This document shows, piece after piece, positions 33,867-48,600 of a DNA stretch of 64,000 nt. The notes under the pieces are model-generated. The model was not told the DNA's origin and made no database searches. It saw only the letters and a list, made by a program, of their open reading frames with translations. Positions within the stretch are counted from its first letter, which is position 1, and each line of letters starts with the position of its first letter. The stretch is from the human T2T-CHM13v2.0 reference genome, Homo sapiens, in NCBI RefSeq assembly GCF_009914755.1, contig NC_060941.1. One strand, written 5' to 3'. Made by a program: the position numbers and the translations under genes.

Positions 33867-34265
33867 CTGAAGAGGACAGGAGAAGAGGGGGCCAGTCCTC
33901 AGACACCCCGGGCCCACGCACACACAGGATGGCTGGGGAGCTGGGCCTGTGGGGAGCGGTCGTAGCGGGTGGAGAGCAGCTCCTATTTGATTTCCCACGC
34001 CCTGCAGGCGGCTTCACTTCTGTCCAGCCACCAGCACCTCCCCCAGGTCCTTCTGAAAAAGGGCCAAGCTCACTGGACTCTGGGCCCTTCCAGCTCTGCT
34101 GTCATCGCTGTCTCTGCTAGAGACAGCCACACCAGTGTGACCCCAGTGTCTTCTTTGTGGGCCAAGGAGCCCCGAGCGGCACCTAAACCCCAGATCCCTC
34201 CCTTTCCTCCCCGAACCTCCAGGGGTCGGCGGTCCCACAGGGGACAGAGTGGAAGGGGTGCTTAC

Positions 34266-34352
34266 TTCCGCACAAAGCAGGACACTTGGTCTTGGGGCTT
34301 CAGTTGTTGAGCCATGTGCCGCAGACGCCGTGGTGCAGGGGACCCTGGCCAT
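34266..34352 (-). pseudogene. NOS2P exon (DGQGPLHHGVCGTWLN / KPQDQVSCFVR), 87 nt, 1-nt deletion
   Basis: ttgcag| acceptor and |gtaag donor; CTC AAC AAC TGA is a frameshift stop; the remainder reads in another frame (ORF 34262..34459). Confidence 0.9.
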
Positions 34353-35904
34353 CTGCAACGATACCACAAAGTGACCAACGTCCCCCCACTGCCCATGCGC
34401 AAACTGTACCAGCTGCTCCGCCCACACCACGGCCTCCTTGGACGCCCCCACTCAGGCACTCTCAGGACTCAATGAGCAGCTCTTTGTCCTCCTGGTTCTG
34501 AGATCCACCCGCTGTGAGCCCAGAGCTGAGGAAGGTTGAAAGGGACTTAGAGAGGTTGCGAGTTGCTCCATCTTCAACGCAGAAAGTGAGTCCCGGAGAG
34601 GAAGAGTGACTTGGACAAGGTCACTCAGGTCATGGTGAAATCAGGACAGCTCAGCTTCCCTGACTCCTACTCCAGTGCTCCTTCCAAAGAGTTTCTCCAG
34701 GAACACTCCCAGCTCACCACTGAGCTCCACTGACAGCAGCAGGAAGTGGCCCCTCGGGGTGGCTACTGCTGTGCGTGCTCATGAGCGTGGCCCTTGCTGG
34801 TTGCAACCCTGGGTGGCGGATGAGCTCCGCGCGTTTCAGCCTGCTCTGGCACCTCGCTTTCCTCCTCAGTTGCCCCTCCTGGGCTGGTAGAAACCCAGGA
34901 GGTTTCTCTGGGTTGCATTTCTTTTACAATGGCCCAGCACTTGCAGGAGGCCTCCAACCAACTGCAGAGGTCCCCCTGGTTTTCCTCGGGATTAAATTTT
35001 GCTCTCACAGGACGTGTCTGCCTCTCCTCTCCTGGTCTGGGTGGGTGTTCTCTAGCAGGACAAACAGAGTCTCTGGCCAGTTTTTAGAAACTGTGTTTTT
35101 GTTTCCTAGACAGAGGGCTCAGAAGTATAGGCAGCTCCCAGCTTTGCCAAACCAAGCAACACTCAGTTACAGAGGGCAGGGCGGGGGGCAGAGGCCAGTG
35201 GTGGAGCCAAGACCACCTGAAAGAGATGTTGGCCTACCACTCTATGGCAGCGTCACCCCCTCTTCACTGTCCTCAGTGACGCTGACCTTTCCTTCTTGGC
35301 TTCTGGACAATGAGAATCATCTAATTATTTCTACACTCATCTCTCCACTGCTGCCTCTAGATGCTCCCTGAGGGCAGGGCTGATGTCTGTTGTATTTCCA
35401 CACCTGCCCCAGTGCTGAGCACGGAGAGATGTGAAATAAACCGTCACTGAATGAGCTCAGTGAGTGAGTGAACAGCCAGTGCAGAATCTCCCCTGCGTTC
35501 AGGCTGCACAATCAGGAAGACTAAGGACCACTGGGCTCTCACCAAGGGTTGGGTGCTCTCCAAGTCTGATCTCATTAAATTGTCTCAAGAGTAGTGGGAC
35601 AGTGGAGTGGTGGAAGACTTGGACTCAGCAGTTAGACCACCCAGGTCCAAATCTCAGCTCTCCACTTACTCACAGTGTGACTTTCTGTGCCACCTGTAAA
35701 ATGCACACAGTACCTACCCTACATGGTAACTGATCATATACATACAGAAGGCTTGGTTTACTGCCTGGTTCATAGAGCTGTCTCCCACATGCCTCCTATT
35801 ACCATTAACAACTCTGGGCTGTAGGTGTTCCCTCCCTCCTTGAACTGATGAGGGAACTGAAGGGGCAGAGCGTGACTGCTCCACAGCCTCTGCCCCAGGC
35901 TCAC

Positions 35905-36112
35905 CTCGAGTGTGGTACATGAGCACGGCCACAGTCAGGTGGATCGCTGTGGGCGTGTGATCCTGGGAGGAGCTGATGGAGTAAAACCTGGGCTTCAGAA
36001 TGGGGAGCAGGGAGAGCAGGAAGCCAGCAGACACCTGCAGGGATGGGAACTCCTCCAGCAACTCCAGGAACGTGGGGCTGTTGGTGAACTTCCACTTGCT
36101 GTACTCTGAGGA
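35905..36112 (-). pseudogene. NOS2P exon ([40 protein letters not shown]), 208 nt
   Basis: gctttcag| acceptor and G|gtgag donor; FAD-binding RxYS motif. Confidence 0.93.
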
Positions 36113-36860
36113 CTGAAAGCCAAGGGTGATGTGAGCGACTCAGGGCGCCTGCCCTGCTTTGGGGAAAAGGCTGTCACAACCCAGTATTCATTCATTTCTT
36201 CACTCACTCAACAAACAAGTCCATGTGCCAGGCACTGTCCAGGGTGCTGAGACTACCAAGCTTAAGAAGAAATAGTTCCTGTCCTGGAGGAACTCAGTCC
36301 GGTACACTTATCTAACTTATGTGACTTCCACTGTCAGCAACTCATGGGCTGGGGTCAAATCTTTGTTGAATGGCACTTTCCCCAGCTGTCGTATCCTAGG
36401 CAGTTTGGGTGGTAGGTGGGCAAATCATTAAAAACAAATCAAAATCTCTAGTGAGAAAATCTTTTTCATTGTCTTTCAATCTTCCCGAATCCTTTGAGGG
36501 GTCTGTTGCTAGGCTAGGCTTACTCTCAAACCCTTGTAAATCCGTCCCTCCTGCCTGAAAACACTCTCCCTCAGCCCCTGCTTTTATCAAACAGAGCAAA
36601 AGCAGCTCTCAAGCTCAGAAGGTTTACCACTGTAGAATTTAATGATATTGTTTTGTTTTATTGCATTTATTTTTGTGATTACTTTCCATTAATGGCAAGT
36701 GACATTATTTTTCCATTTAGAGTGATTTAAAATTTTTCTTAAAACACAGGTAATCAAATTTTAAAAACTGAGTTGATTTCTATGAAAATATTAAGTAATG
36801 GTGTAGGTTCTACACAGATATGACACTATGGAACAGATGGTTCCTGGAATTTGGGAAATG

Positions 36861-37017
36861 TTGATGGGCGGCGTTCCCTAACCTGACACTGCTTAGAACA
36901 TTGATGGGCGGCATTCCCTAACCTGGCACTGCTTAGAACGTTGATGGGTGGCGTTCCCTAACCTGGCACTGCTTAGAACGTTGATGGGCGGCGTTCCCTA
37001 ACCTGGCACTGCTTAGA
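36861..37017. repeat. Minisatellite, 40-bp unit x ~4
   Basis: ttgatgggcggcgttccctaacctggcactgcttagaacg starting at 36861, 36901, 36941 and 36981; 1-2 mismatches per unit; no spacers. Confidence 0.97.
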
Positions 37018-38049
37018 TAGGGGAGACACCTCTGAACACAATAGTGTTTGTAGTGCCATTTAGATCTACTGGGTTCTGATAACTCATGGGTCTTTTTTTT
37101 TCTTTTTAAATAAATAATTACCTTTTCTTGATCACTATTGTATAAAACTTGGAAATACAGAAAAACATGTAGAATAAAAGAAAATATAGAAAAATATATA
37201 GAATAGAATGAAAAATCACTCATCATCTCGCCACTCAGAAATAACCACTCCTAATATATTGGTAAATGTTTTTCTCTCTGTGCACCAACATAGCTGTTAT
37301 TATAGTACATATATTTTATTTTTGTAGCCTGTTTTATTTCCTTAACCTCATAGTATAAGCATGTTCCATATCATTCAAAATTCTTTATAAACATGGTTAT
37401 AAATGGCTGTAAGATATTTAATGTAGAGAAGCCTCATAATGGATTTAATCATTCCCTAGCTGTTGGACATTTAACTATTCTCCAAATGTTGGGTTGTTTC
37501 TGGTTCTGCCTATTATCATGTTGTGATGAATACATTTTTGTTTGTTTGTTTGTTTGTTTGTTTAATAGACAAGTCTCACTCTGTTGCCCGGGCTGGAATG
37601 CAATCATGTGATCATAGCTCACCGTAGCCTCAAATTCCTGGGTTCAAGCAATCTTCTTCCCTCATCCTCCCAAAGCACTGGAATTACAAGTGTGAGCCAC
37701 GGCACCTGGCCTGAATATTTTTATGCACAGCTCTTTGTCTTTATTTTAGATGGTTTCCTTATAGTAATTTCAGAAGTGGCATCCCCAAATGGGAAGATTT
37801 TGTAAGGCTTTTAGGATACATATTGCTGGACTTTTTTTTTAGAAGGATGAAACATGAAGGTATTCAGATCCCCTGGACCTACATGATGGGACATACCCTA
37901 ATTTGTGTGTGGGGTGGTGTTGTCACTAGAAAGAGCTCAGACTCTGCTACATTGGGCAAGTTACCCAACTTCACCAACTCCTGTTGGTGCAGGTCTGAGT
38001 AGTCACTTCCCAGAAATCCAAGAGTGACTGTTCTTCACAGCTAGGCTCA

Positions 38050-38365
<316 letters not shown>

Positions 38366-40229
38366 AAAGTACAGATGTCATTAACTTCAGTTTGTGTTAT
38401 TTCCCTTTCACGAGAAGGGCTCAAAAAATATTTGGGAAAACTACTTGTCTCAACACCCTAAAATGCTTTTTTTTGTAGCAGAAGCAGGAAAGGTTTGACC
38501 AAACATACCTGACATTAGGAAGAAATGCAACAGGCACTCATGCTTCCTGGTGTCCACGATGCATGTGCCAGGAGCCGAGCAGAGGGCCTGGTGTTGAGCA
38601 TTTCTGATCTTCCCAAGCAGCTTTCCCCACCATGGATTACACAAAACATTGGTTCTACAGGATGCTAACAGGTATTCCTTGCAAAAAGGAATTTTGTTGT
38701 TTAGAAAAACTGAGTTAATGAAAGTGGAACCCATTCTTTTGTTATTTGAGAATTCCCAAGATGAGGATATGATATTGAGCATTTGCCAAACTCACTTGAT
38801 AATAAAAACCTTTTCCATCTCATAGGATTGATGTTCCAAAGACCAAACTTTGAGAATCACTGCTGACAACAAGCTTACAATATAATATTTCTCTTTGTAT
38901 CTCACAAATAGGAAAGCTGAGGTCAGGTAAATTGACCAAGATAGCAAAACCTAGTGATTCAAGGACTCAGGGTCAGAACCCAGAGCCACCTGACCTCAAA
39001 CCCATGTTCTGTTCCACTCTCTCCCCGAAAGGGGCTCAGACTGTAGGGTGCCCCTGACCCAAGTGAGTGCCTGAAGCCAGAGGGCGAATATGAAATCAAT
39101 ATCAGAGCTTGAATAGAGAATCCCAAACTGACTGTGTTGATCCTGGAGACTGGGCCACACTAGAAACTGATGCAGGGTGAATAAGCCAAGGAAATGAGCA
39201 GCCTGGAAGCTGAGCATGAGGAAGGCAGTTGGGATAAATTTTGGGGACTGCATGGACTGCTGTGTCATGGAATCAGCTGGCTTATGGGGGAACAGGATTC
39301 ATCTCTTGTACCTGGGGTAAGGTGGAGAGAGGAGGAGGAATAATATTCTATTTGAGGGCTGCCCAAGAGTCTCCTCTTATTGCCTCGCAGCTCTTGACTA
39401 CGTTAATTCTCCATGCCTCCCACTATGAAATCATCAAGTATTCTTCTGTCTCCTGTTGTCCCCAAAGTCTCAGCCTGGGCTGTTTTCTTCTAGGGCTCTG
39501 CTTTTCCACAGCTTTAAAACCTCTCCACGTGCATTATTCTGGCTTCAGAGGTGTGGAAGAAATGGATTCTGATAACGCAATAGCATAATATCTAAAGCAC
39601 TGCTGGTCCATGCACTCGACAAAGATTCATGTCCCAGGCGCTGGTCTAGGCACCACAGATACATTAGTGAGCCATCCGGACACAAATTCCCGGCCTCATG
39701 GCATAGCCCTTCGCTGAGGGAGAGACGATAAGCCAGATAAAGAAGTCAAATGTTAGACAGTGATCCGCAATAAAGAGAAAAGGGGGAGGGGCCCGACATT
39801 TCAGATTGGGTGTCCAGAGGGCCTTACTGAGAAGGGGCTTTTGAATTTCCATCATAGCCTTTTGAGCAGAGAAGGGATTTAACATTTGCTGCACTTCTGG
39901 CAGCTGACAGGCATTGCACACTTACATATCCCATATTTTCTTTTCCCCTGTAACTTAACAGATGAAGACAGTGAGGCTCCAAGAAGGCAAGTCATTTTTC
40001 CTCATTAGAAACTTGTTCTGACACCAGAAAGCCCACCCTCTCTCTGCAATCTCACACTCTCTTCTTGAAATAACCAGGCCAGCCACTATGTTACCCCATT
40101 TTATAGGAAAGGAAACAGAGGCCAGAGAGCCTTGGAGGCCTGCGGAGCTGGGACTGGGGTTCATGTCACCTAACGCCCAGTCCAGTTTTCTTTCTGCTTT
40201 AGTGGACTGGGAGCAATGAGTATAGGATT

Positions 40230-40724
<495 letters not shown>

Positions 40725-41559
40725 TAAAGCCTTCTAAACGCTTCTGGTGGAAGGATGGGCCACAGGCCAGCAACATGAGCAGGACCTGGGAGCGTGTTAG
40801 ATGTGCAGAATCTCAGGCCTCATCCCAGACCTACTGGATCAGAATCCACATGCTAACCAGGTGATCATATGCATGTTAAAGTGTAAGAAGCCCTGCTCTG
40901 ACTGCCGCATCCTGTGGTGCAATGAGGCTGGGTGTCCCCACAGAGCAGTCAGGAAGCCTAGGTATAGTTATAGGAAGACTCATGCCAGGTAGGACTGCGG
41001 AGCTGGGGTGACATGGGCAGAGGCCTCTGCAGAAGCTTAGCTCTGGTTCCCCCAGCAGCGGCAGCTCATTTTAGAGGGACTGAAGGGGAGGGTATGGGAT
41101 GGTGGTATTTCTGTTTCATTTACTGTCCCATTGAGACTAGGACTGGTGGAAGAGATGTTCTCTATGACCTGCTGAAACCTGAGAAGGAATCTGCAGGAAT
41201 AAACAAAGCCTTTAGAGCTTACTAATTCTGATATTTGGAGGCCTTTGGAAGGTTTAATTCAATTTATTATTTACTGATGACCTACCGTGTACCAGACATT
41301 GCACTAGGTACTGGGAATACAAAGGGAATCAAATGTCCTAGTGTTGTATTGGGAAGGGAGGGTCACATTTCTTGCATGTGTCTGTGTTTGGGGATGAGAT
41401 GAGTGAGGGGCAGGCCTGCAGGGATAGAGCAATTGCATACTTGGTGTCACCTGGGTCCCGAAGGGCAGGACGAAGGACAGATTAAGGAAGGCTTCCTGGA
41501 GGAGGTGGCTCCTAAGCTGTCAAGTAGGCTAAGAAATGCTCTATGCATGGGCTACCCAC

Positions 41560-41900
41560 TTCCATACACTCGCCACACACACTGACTCACATGCACTCAC
41601 AAACTCCCACCCACACTCACACAGCATGTATACCTATTCCATCCACACACACACTCACATGCATCCACACACAATCTCCCACCCACACTCACACATCCGC
41701 ATCCACACACACATTCACAGGCATGTATACCTACTCCATCCACACACACTCACATGCACTCACGATCTCCCACCCAGACTCACAATGCACATCCACACAC
41801 ACACTCACAGCATGTATACCTACTCCATCCACAAACACATATAGGCAAATTCACACACACCCACACATGTGCACAGGCACCTACACACACACACACCACA
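41560..41900. repeat. CA-rich low-complexity tract with a ~90-96 bp higher-order unit
   Basis: gcatgtatacctactccatccacac recurs at ~41624, ~41721 and ~41810. Confidence 0.85.
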
Positions 41901-43332
41901 TATTGTAGTATTTTTCTGGGGAAACAGAGAAACAGTCACTCTTTTGAAGAACCTCAGAAACTGCACAAGAAGAGCTCTTCATTTATCATCAAAATTCAGA
42001 TAAAGTTGAAGGTCTAACTTCCAAGAAGATCTAGACTGTTTTCCAGATTGTTATAAATGCATCTTCGGATATGAAGGAGCACCTCACGGTTGCATTCAGA
42101 TACCTCCTGGGATGTGATTTAGTCTTGATGATTATCATTACATGTCAGTGAATATAGTTTGATGGAAACTTTTAGGGAAACAAAAATTTTCAGAAACTGT
42201 GTCCAGATTTACTGTAGTAGTAGTAAACTCTGAGGATACATTTTTTGACCAGGCAACTATTGTTGGGGGCCCTATACCTGACTTGGAGAGGTGTGTTTGT
42301 GCCTTTTAGGTAAGATGAGGAATAGAGGGCCCTCAGACTTAAGAGCTACATGTGATATTTGAGATAAATTGATCCTTAACATTTTTCCCAAGTCAGAGTT
42401 CTCATTACTTGTCTCCTTGATGCCAATAGAGTAAAATGCAAAATGGCTCACCACAAATGCAAAATGGCTCAAAGCCCCTCCCTTTCAACTGGCCACATCC
42501 TGGCTTTCCTGGGCTCTTTCTACTGAACCAAGCTCTGTGTTCCAAGAAATCATCCTGTTCTCAAATCTCTGCACCTCGTTCTCTGCCGAAGCCATGCCCA
42601 AGCAGTTCCCTTTGCCTGGTATGTTTCCCTCTCCCATTTTCCTGCAACACTGCCCCTCAACGTCTTCAATGCGAAGTTCCAGCCCCTCCTTCTAGAAGCT
42701 TCCAGAAGCCAGTATTGGGCTTTGGCATTAAACAGCCTGTGTTCAAACTCCACCTCTGTCATTGACAGGGTGACTCTGAGTATGTGGGTCCTTTTGAGCC
42801 TCTGTTTTCTAATCTTTAAAAAAAAGGGAGGGGAAAATATTTACTTCACACTTTTATTTAGTTTGTCAAAGATTAAATGAGACAATGTGAGTGAAACTGA
42901 CCAGCATACAGGAGATAGCCAAGAAATAGTTCAGTGGATAATGGCATTTCTCTCCTGATGAAGTTGGATTAACCCTCTCTTCTACAGTCCGGAACGAACT
43001 GTACCTTATACAGCTGCCTTGGATCTGCGGTTTCTGGGTTTGTGAGGTGGGCTCATCTTGGTCTCTTGCCTGGTGACTTTAGCATAATCCATGCTCAAAA
43101 AATTAAATTAAATGAAATAGACTCTTTGGGTATCGCTTTCTTTTTTTCTGCCACATTCCTTCTAACAGCCACCGAGCCTGAAGACAGCAAAGCTGCCCAG
43201 ACTTTTCTCCTGGGCTCCAGCCCCTCCTGTCTGACTGCTCAAAAGAATCTCAGCAAGCAGGTCTCCCAGGCACCTCAAATCCAGCCTGTGTAAACCTGAG
43301 CTGCCTGTGTCCACACTCCTATATCCTAGAAC

Positions 43333-43548
43333 CATGGTTCTCAAATGTGGGTGTTTTTGCCCCCCAGGTTACATTTGGCAGGGTCTGGGGATGTTTTTCT
43401 TTGTCACGACTTAGACAGAGGGTCCTTCCTGGCGTCTTGTAGGCAGAGGTCGGGGGTGCTGCTGAACATCCCACACTGCATAGGACAGTCTCCGTAACAA
43501 GGAATGATCCTGCCCCAAGTGTCACTAGTGCCGGGTTGAGAAATCCTG
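43333..43548. mobile_element. MER20 DNA transposon
   Basis: catggttctcaa..tttgccccccagg..ggtgctgctgaacatcc..gttgagaaatcctg resembles the MER20 consensus. Confidence 0.75.
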
Positions 43549-43609
43549 ATCGAGAGGGAGCCTTTACCTGGTAGATCAGGCCATTGCACCGCTCTGCTCA
43601 CCATCCCCC

Positions 43610-43942
43610 GGGACTGGTGTTGTGGAAGACAATTTTCCACGGACTGGGGGGCTGGGGGGAATGGTTTCAGGATCAAACTGTTCCACCTCAAATCATCAGG
43701 CATTAGATTCTCATAAGGAGGGCACAACCTAGATTGCTAGCATGCGCAGTTCACAATAGGGTTCGTTCTCCTGCGAGAATGGCATGCCGCTGCTGATCTA
43801 ACAGGAGGCAGAGCTCAGGCGGTAATGGGAGCAAGGGGGAGCGGCTATAAATACAGCTCACCGCTCACCTGCTGCTGTGCAGCCCGGTTCCTAACAGGCC
43901 ATGGACGGTGCTGGTCTGTAGCCCAGGAGTTGGGGAATCCTG
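43610..43942 (-). mobile_element. MER1B-like copy, truncated by ~27 bp at the duplication breakpoint
   Basis: Identical to 55936-56268 but lacks the terminal inverted repeat end. Confidence 0.85.
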
Positions 43943-44108
43943 CTCTACAGAGTTTCCAACCTCAGAGATGAAGCATCCCCTCTGTAAGTCAGAAAGAAAT
44001 TATTCAAGTAGGAGAATTAAAACAGGATCACAGAGAGGGAGGCTGAAGAATTTGACTTTCTGTGTTTACTTGTATGAGGAAAAACAGTACATAAAGGCAT
44101 CCACAGTA

Positions 44109-44114
44109 TTTAAT
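44109..44114 (-). terminator. Candidate USP32P poly(A) signal ATTAAA
   Basis: tttaat on + strand at the end of a ~2 kb AT-rich 3'UTR; duplicated in the opposite orientation at 55764-55769. Confidence 0.5.
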
Positions 44115-46114
44115 TTGTTTGGATAACAGTTACAGATAAACAGGTACACCCCATATACAATTACTAATACTTTTTATACAGTTCATATTTCAGTACATCA
44201 ACACTATTTTATTTACACTCTATTTATGCACATTAACATCTTTCTAAAGTCAGTGCATTGTCAACAAGTTTTATACAGTCATTTACAAGGTGAATGTGGT
44301 TAATAGTTAATTTAATAAATTTTCCGCTAGTTCATGAATTAAAAAAATTAATTACAACCAGTATAACAAACACAGATCAAACAACATTAGTAGATTGTGC
44401 TACCTGCTTAAATAAAACATCTGTAAAGAAATTATTTAAAATCTTCCACTTTTTAATGGGACATGTCCAGGTAGGAAAGGACAGATTTTATATACCGAAA
44501 ATCTTGAACTATAAAGTATGCATTTTGTCTGACTTTATTACATTAGATAATTTAGGCCACTCCTACCTATTTGCAATTATATTTTTTCTGAAAAGGATTT
44601 CAATTTAGGTAGCCATTTAAGATAACCTTTCCAAATGCTCTGAGAACTAGATATTAATAGTTACTGGCCTCAGATATCAGAACACAAATGCTTAGTTACA
44701 CTGGTAATTACTACCTATGAGGAAGAAAGTGTAGTGGAATCTGACAATTAATGAGAATCAACTTGCAGGGTCTAAATGAATAAACAAAGACCAAAAATAA
44801 GGTGAAACATTTCCTTCAAGTATATATTAAAAAACTACACCAAAAAAATTCTACCTGAAATAAATAATATTTATACTTTTGTCCCAGTCTTGAATATTTA
44901 GAGGAAAAAATGAAGTAAACAAAGAAACATAACTTTCAATGACTACTGTAAAATTTTTTAAAAAAGACTAATATCAAAATAAAAAAATTAGTGGACATGC
45001 AAACAAAGCAAAACTAAAGTTGACTTCCTAAAACCACCAATTTCATTAAATATACTTATGAACTCCTAATGTCTGGGATGTGTTTTGTTTGTAATTTATA
45101 GCCCTTGGAGCCATCAAATACACACAAGCAAGTTCATTTGCATGTGTTCTCTCTTTTTTAAAGTGCAAAACAAACATGGAAAAGAACCACCACTAATTGT
45201 GAAACGTGATCTAGCTCCGATGCCGCTTACCTTCCCAGAAGCTCTTGTTGCAACATGTGCATGTGAAGATGGTGCAAATATTGGCAACTGCTCCCCTTCC
45301 CTCAGCATGGGCGGGGCCGGGGGGTGCAGAATACATTTCTGAGGATACCTGAAGTATCCTAAATGTAAGATGCCTCCACTGGGAGGGCCATGGTAGCTGG
45401 ATTTCCCAGGATGTTTTTCTTTCTACTGGGTCTCCCTCTGGGTGGAAGGCACATAGCTCTTAAGAGAGCCTCCCTTTCAGACTGACCACTCTATGCCCCT
45501 GCCACCAATGACTGGTTGTATCTCAAACATAAACACAACGGCAAAAACAAAAAGCAAGAAAGACAAAGAAAGGGTATGGAAACTTTAAAAAATAAATTGA
45601 AAAATCCTCGCCCATGCCGTAAGAATCATTTGCACACCTTCATGATCTTGCTTTCTCCATCTTGTCAACAGAATGGAATAAAACTTCAGGAAAAAGGAGG
45701 TAGCATATCATGTCATCCCTAGACAACATTACAATTTTTTGTTTTTTACTTTGACTCCAAGGAAATCTTTAATATTTGTTATGATTATTGATAAACTCTA
45801 TACTCACTACATATTTGTTCATATCTGGACAAGCACAATTGAATTCTTATTTGGTCCCAGGTGGCTGGTGCCAAACTTTTTGTTTACAGGCTAATGGTGG
45901 GATCTGCCTGAAAGTTCTCTATCAGACAACTTGCATGAGACTTCAAAATAAAATTACTACTACTCTTAAAGTTAACTATTTTAATTAGAATTTGTATTCT
46001 AACAGGATAAAATAACTACATTTAGCTTGCCTCTCAGTGACACTTTTGCCAAGTATCAGCTACAAGGAGTCATCTCCCTCCCCACCAAGCTATCTAGCAG
46101 CCAGAGTGGTAGCT

Positions 46115-46288
46115 TTACTGTAACACACAGTACTTTTCGTAATCAGACTCAAAGTCTTCATCCATACTGCTTGTGTCTGCCATCTTTTTGCCATCAATCT
46201 TTGGCAGAAATTGTGCGTAGTCTATCCTCTGCTGCTCATAGAAAAGAATGTAGGCAGAGTCGGTGTCAATTTCATCAGGGTGATGTTC
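46115..46288 (-). pseudogene. USP32P terminal exon coding part (EHHPDEIDTDSAYILFYEQQ..ESDYEKYCVLQ*)
   Basis: cccttcag| acceptor; TAA at 46115-46117; ORF 46115..46315. Confidence 0.94.
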
Positions 46289-46389
46289 CTGAAGGGCAAG
46301 AAAAACCTTTAACAAAAAGCCATCACTATTATGGCTCTAAATCCTTGCCAGGAAAGGGAAGACCAACCGTCTGTAATTACTAAACCTGA

Positions 46390-47207
<818 letters not shown>

Positions 47208-47418
47208 CAACTAACTCTTTATTTTTCCTCACTACTCATGTTTTCATTCCCTACTCTGCATATCACTTTTGTTTCTTTAATACTGACAGCATCTATATAT
47301 TGATTCTAACAGAAATATCTATTTCCTATTCAAGAGATAGTCCATTATTTCAACAAATGTTCTCCAGTTCTGTTGATATTCTGTTTCTAACTTTCATTCA
47401 AAGATTGAGAATGTTTAC

Positions 47419-47511
47419 CTCACAGATGCTGCCATTGTAGCAGTACCACTTGCAGTTTGGGTTTTTGGCATAAGTGACGTAATGGCCCCCACTCAGAATT
47501 CCTGAATGGCA
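47419..47511 (-). pseudogene. USP32P His-box exon (CHSGILSGGHYVTYAKNPNCKWYCYNGSICE), 93 nt
   Basis: cttacag| acceptor and |gtaaac donor. Confidence 0.93.
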
Positions 47512-47739
47512 CTGTAAGAGATAAGAGAGTGGATGTATGTTAGTAGTTAACTGTACTATGGCCAGGGTATAGCACTAGGATCTGAGCAGGAGAACAGTGA
47601 TCATGTAAATGATCAGTAGGTGAGAAAATATTTTAGAACCCTCTAACTTTCTCTAAAACCAAAATAAGCAAAAAGCAAAATACAAAAGTCATAAGCTCCA
47701 AGTCTTGTGTGGATAAACAATCATTTTATAATGTAATTA

Positions 47740-48030
47740 CTATTATTATTATTATTTTGAGACAGGGGCTTGCTCTATCACCCAGGCTGGGGTGCAGTCA
47801 AGTGATCACAACTCTCTAAAGACTTGGCCTCCTGGGTTCAGGTGATCCTTCTGCCTCAGCCTTCCAAGTAGCTGGGACCACAGGCAATGCCACCATACCT
47901 CGCTCCATTTTAAAATTATTTGTAGAGATGGGGCCCAGGCTGGTCTCAAACTCCTGGGCTCAAGCGATCCTCCTGCCTCAGCCTTCTAAAGTGCTGGGAT
48001 TACAGGTGTGAGCCACCACACCTGGGCAGG
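47740..48030 (-). mobile_element. AluJ
   Basis: Antisense Alu with an (ATT)n tail. Confidence 0.85.
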
Positions 48031-48175
48031 CCCAGATTTCTACGTTAACTTTCTCTATCACTAAGCTCAATGCTAGGAAATAAGCAGGACCTGAAAAATA
48101 CTTGCTGATGAATACATGAAGACAAGTGAACAAAACACAGACCACTCTCCGAAAACCATACAATAAACCACTTAC

Positions 48176-48600
48176 TGAAATTGCATATAGATTATAAATA
48201 GGCTTAATATGAGTGTCTTCTCTTTGGTCATCAGTGCTGTCTTCTTCACTGTGGTTTCCAAGCTGACCATTGCTGTAGCCATTGCCATATGCTTCATGCT
48301 CATAAAGGAATCCATTGCCCAAAGCTACCTCGTGGTCCTGAGGAGTGACCAGCTCTGGTTGGCTGCCCCCCCGCATATGCCCTCAGCTCAAGGCATCAGC
48401 CAGCTCACAGATCTGCCCAGCCCCATTCTCTTTGCTGGCATCCAAGTTCTTCTTACTACTTGACAGTTTATTTTTGCTGCCAATCTGGGGCAGCCGGAGC
48501 CTCCCTTTGCTCCTCCCCAAAGTCCGTGGGCAGCTATTAGGGCTGCTGTTTTTGCTGGAGGGACAGCTGGTTCCACTTTTTCTTGATGAAGAAGGAGAAC
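48176..48600 (-). pseudogene. USP32P exon (SPSSSRKSGTSC..LADALS*GHMRGGSQPE..YNLYAIS), 425 nt, nonsense codon
   Basis: ttcacag| acceptor and |gtaag donor; in-frame TGA at 48383-48385 (probable CGA>TGA CpG transition). Confidence 0.92.

Larger units (their letters stand above)
29900..36112 (-). pseudogene. NOS2P2: Unprocessed, 5'-truncated inducible nitric oxide synthase pseudogene (last six exons, reductase domain, plus 3'UTR); probably NOS2P2
   Basis: Six GT-AG exons translating to the NOS2 C-terminus ([31 protein letters not shown]) with frameshifts and stops; no upstream NOS2 exon found. The P number is recalled from the neighbourhood. Confidence 0.88.
43610..44248 (-). repeat. Left arm of 639-bp inverted repeat
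   Basis: Reverse complement of 55630-56268; paired positions sum to 99878; twin ORFs 43908..44126(+) and 55752..55970(-). Confidence 0.97.

Noticed and set aside
32092-35371. Long ORFs overlapping NOS2P (199, 198 and 180 aa)
   Set aside because: Off-frame or antisense read-throughs of GC-rich pseudogene exons and introns with no independent coding signal.
30397-36112. Functional NOS2 gene or stand-alone reductase
   Set aside because: Oxygenase and FMN exons are absent, and there are two frameshifts and premature stops.
36861-37017. 40-bp repeats as a CRISPR array
   Set aside because: Units are head-to-tail with no unique spacers, there are no cas genes, and the context is eukaryotic; it is a minisatellite.
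41536-42017. His/Thr-rich ORFs
   Set aside because: Artefact of the (CA)-rich low-complexity tract.
43908-44126. Twin 72-aa ORFs (also 55752..55970) as a duplicated small gene
   Set aside because: They start inside MER1 at a non-ATG codon and only reflect the inverted repeat.
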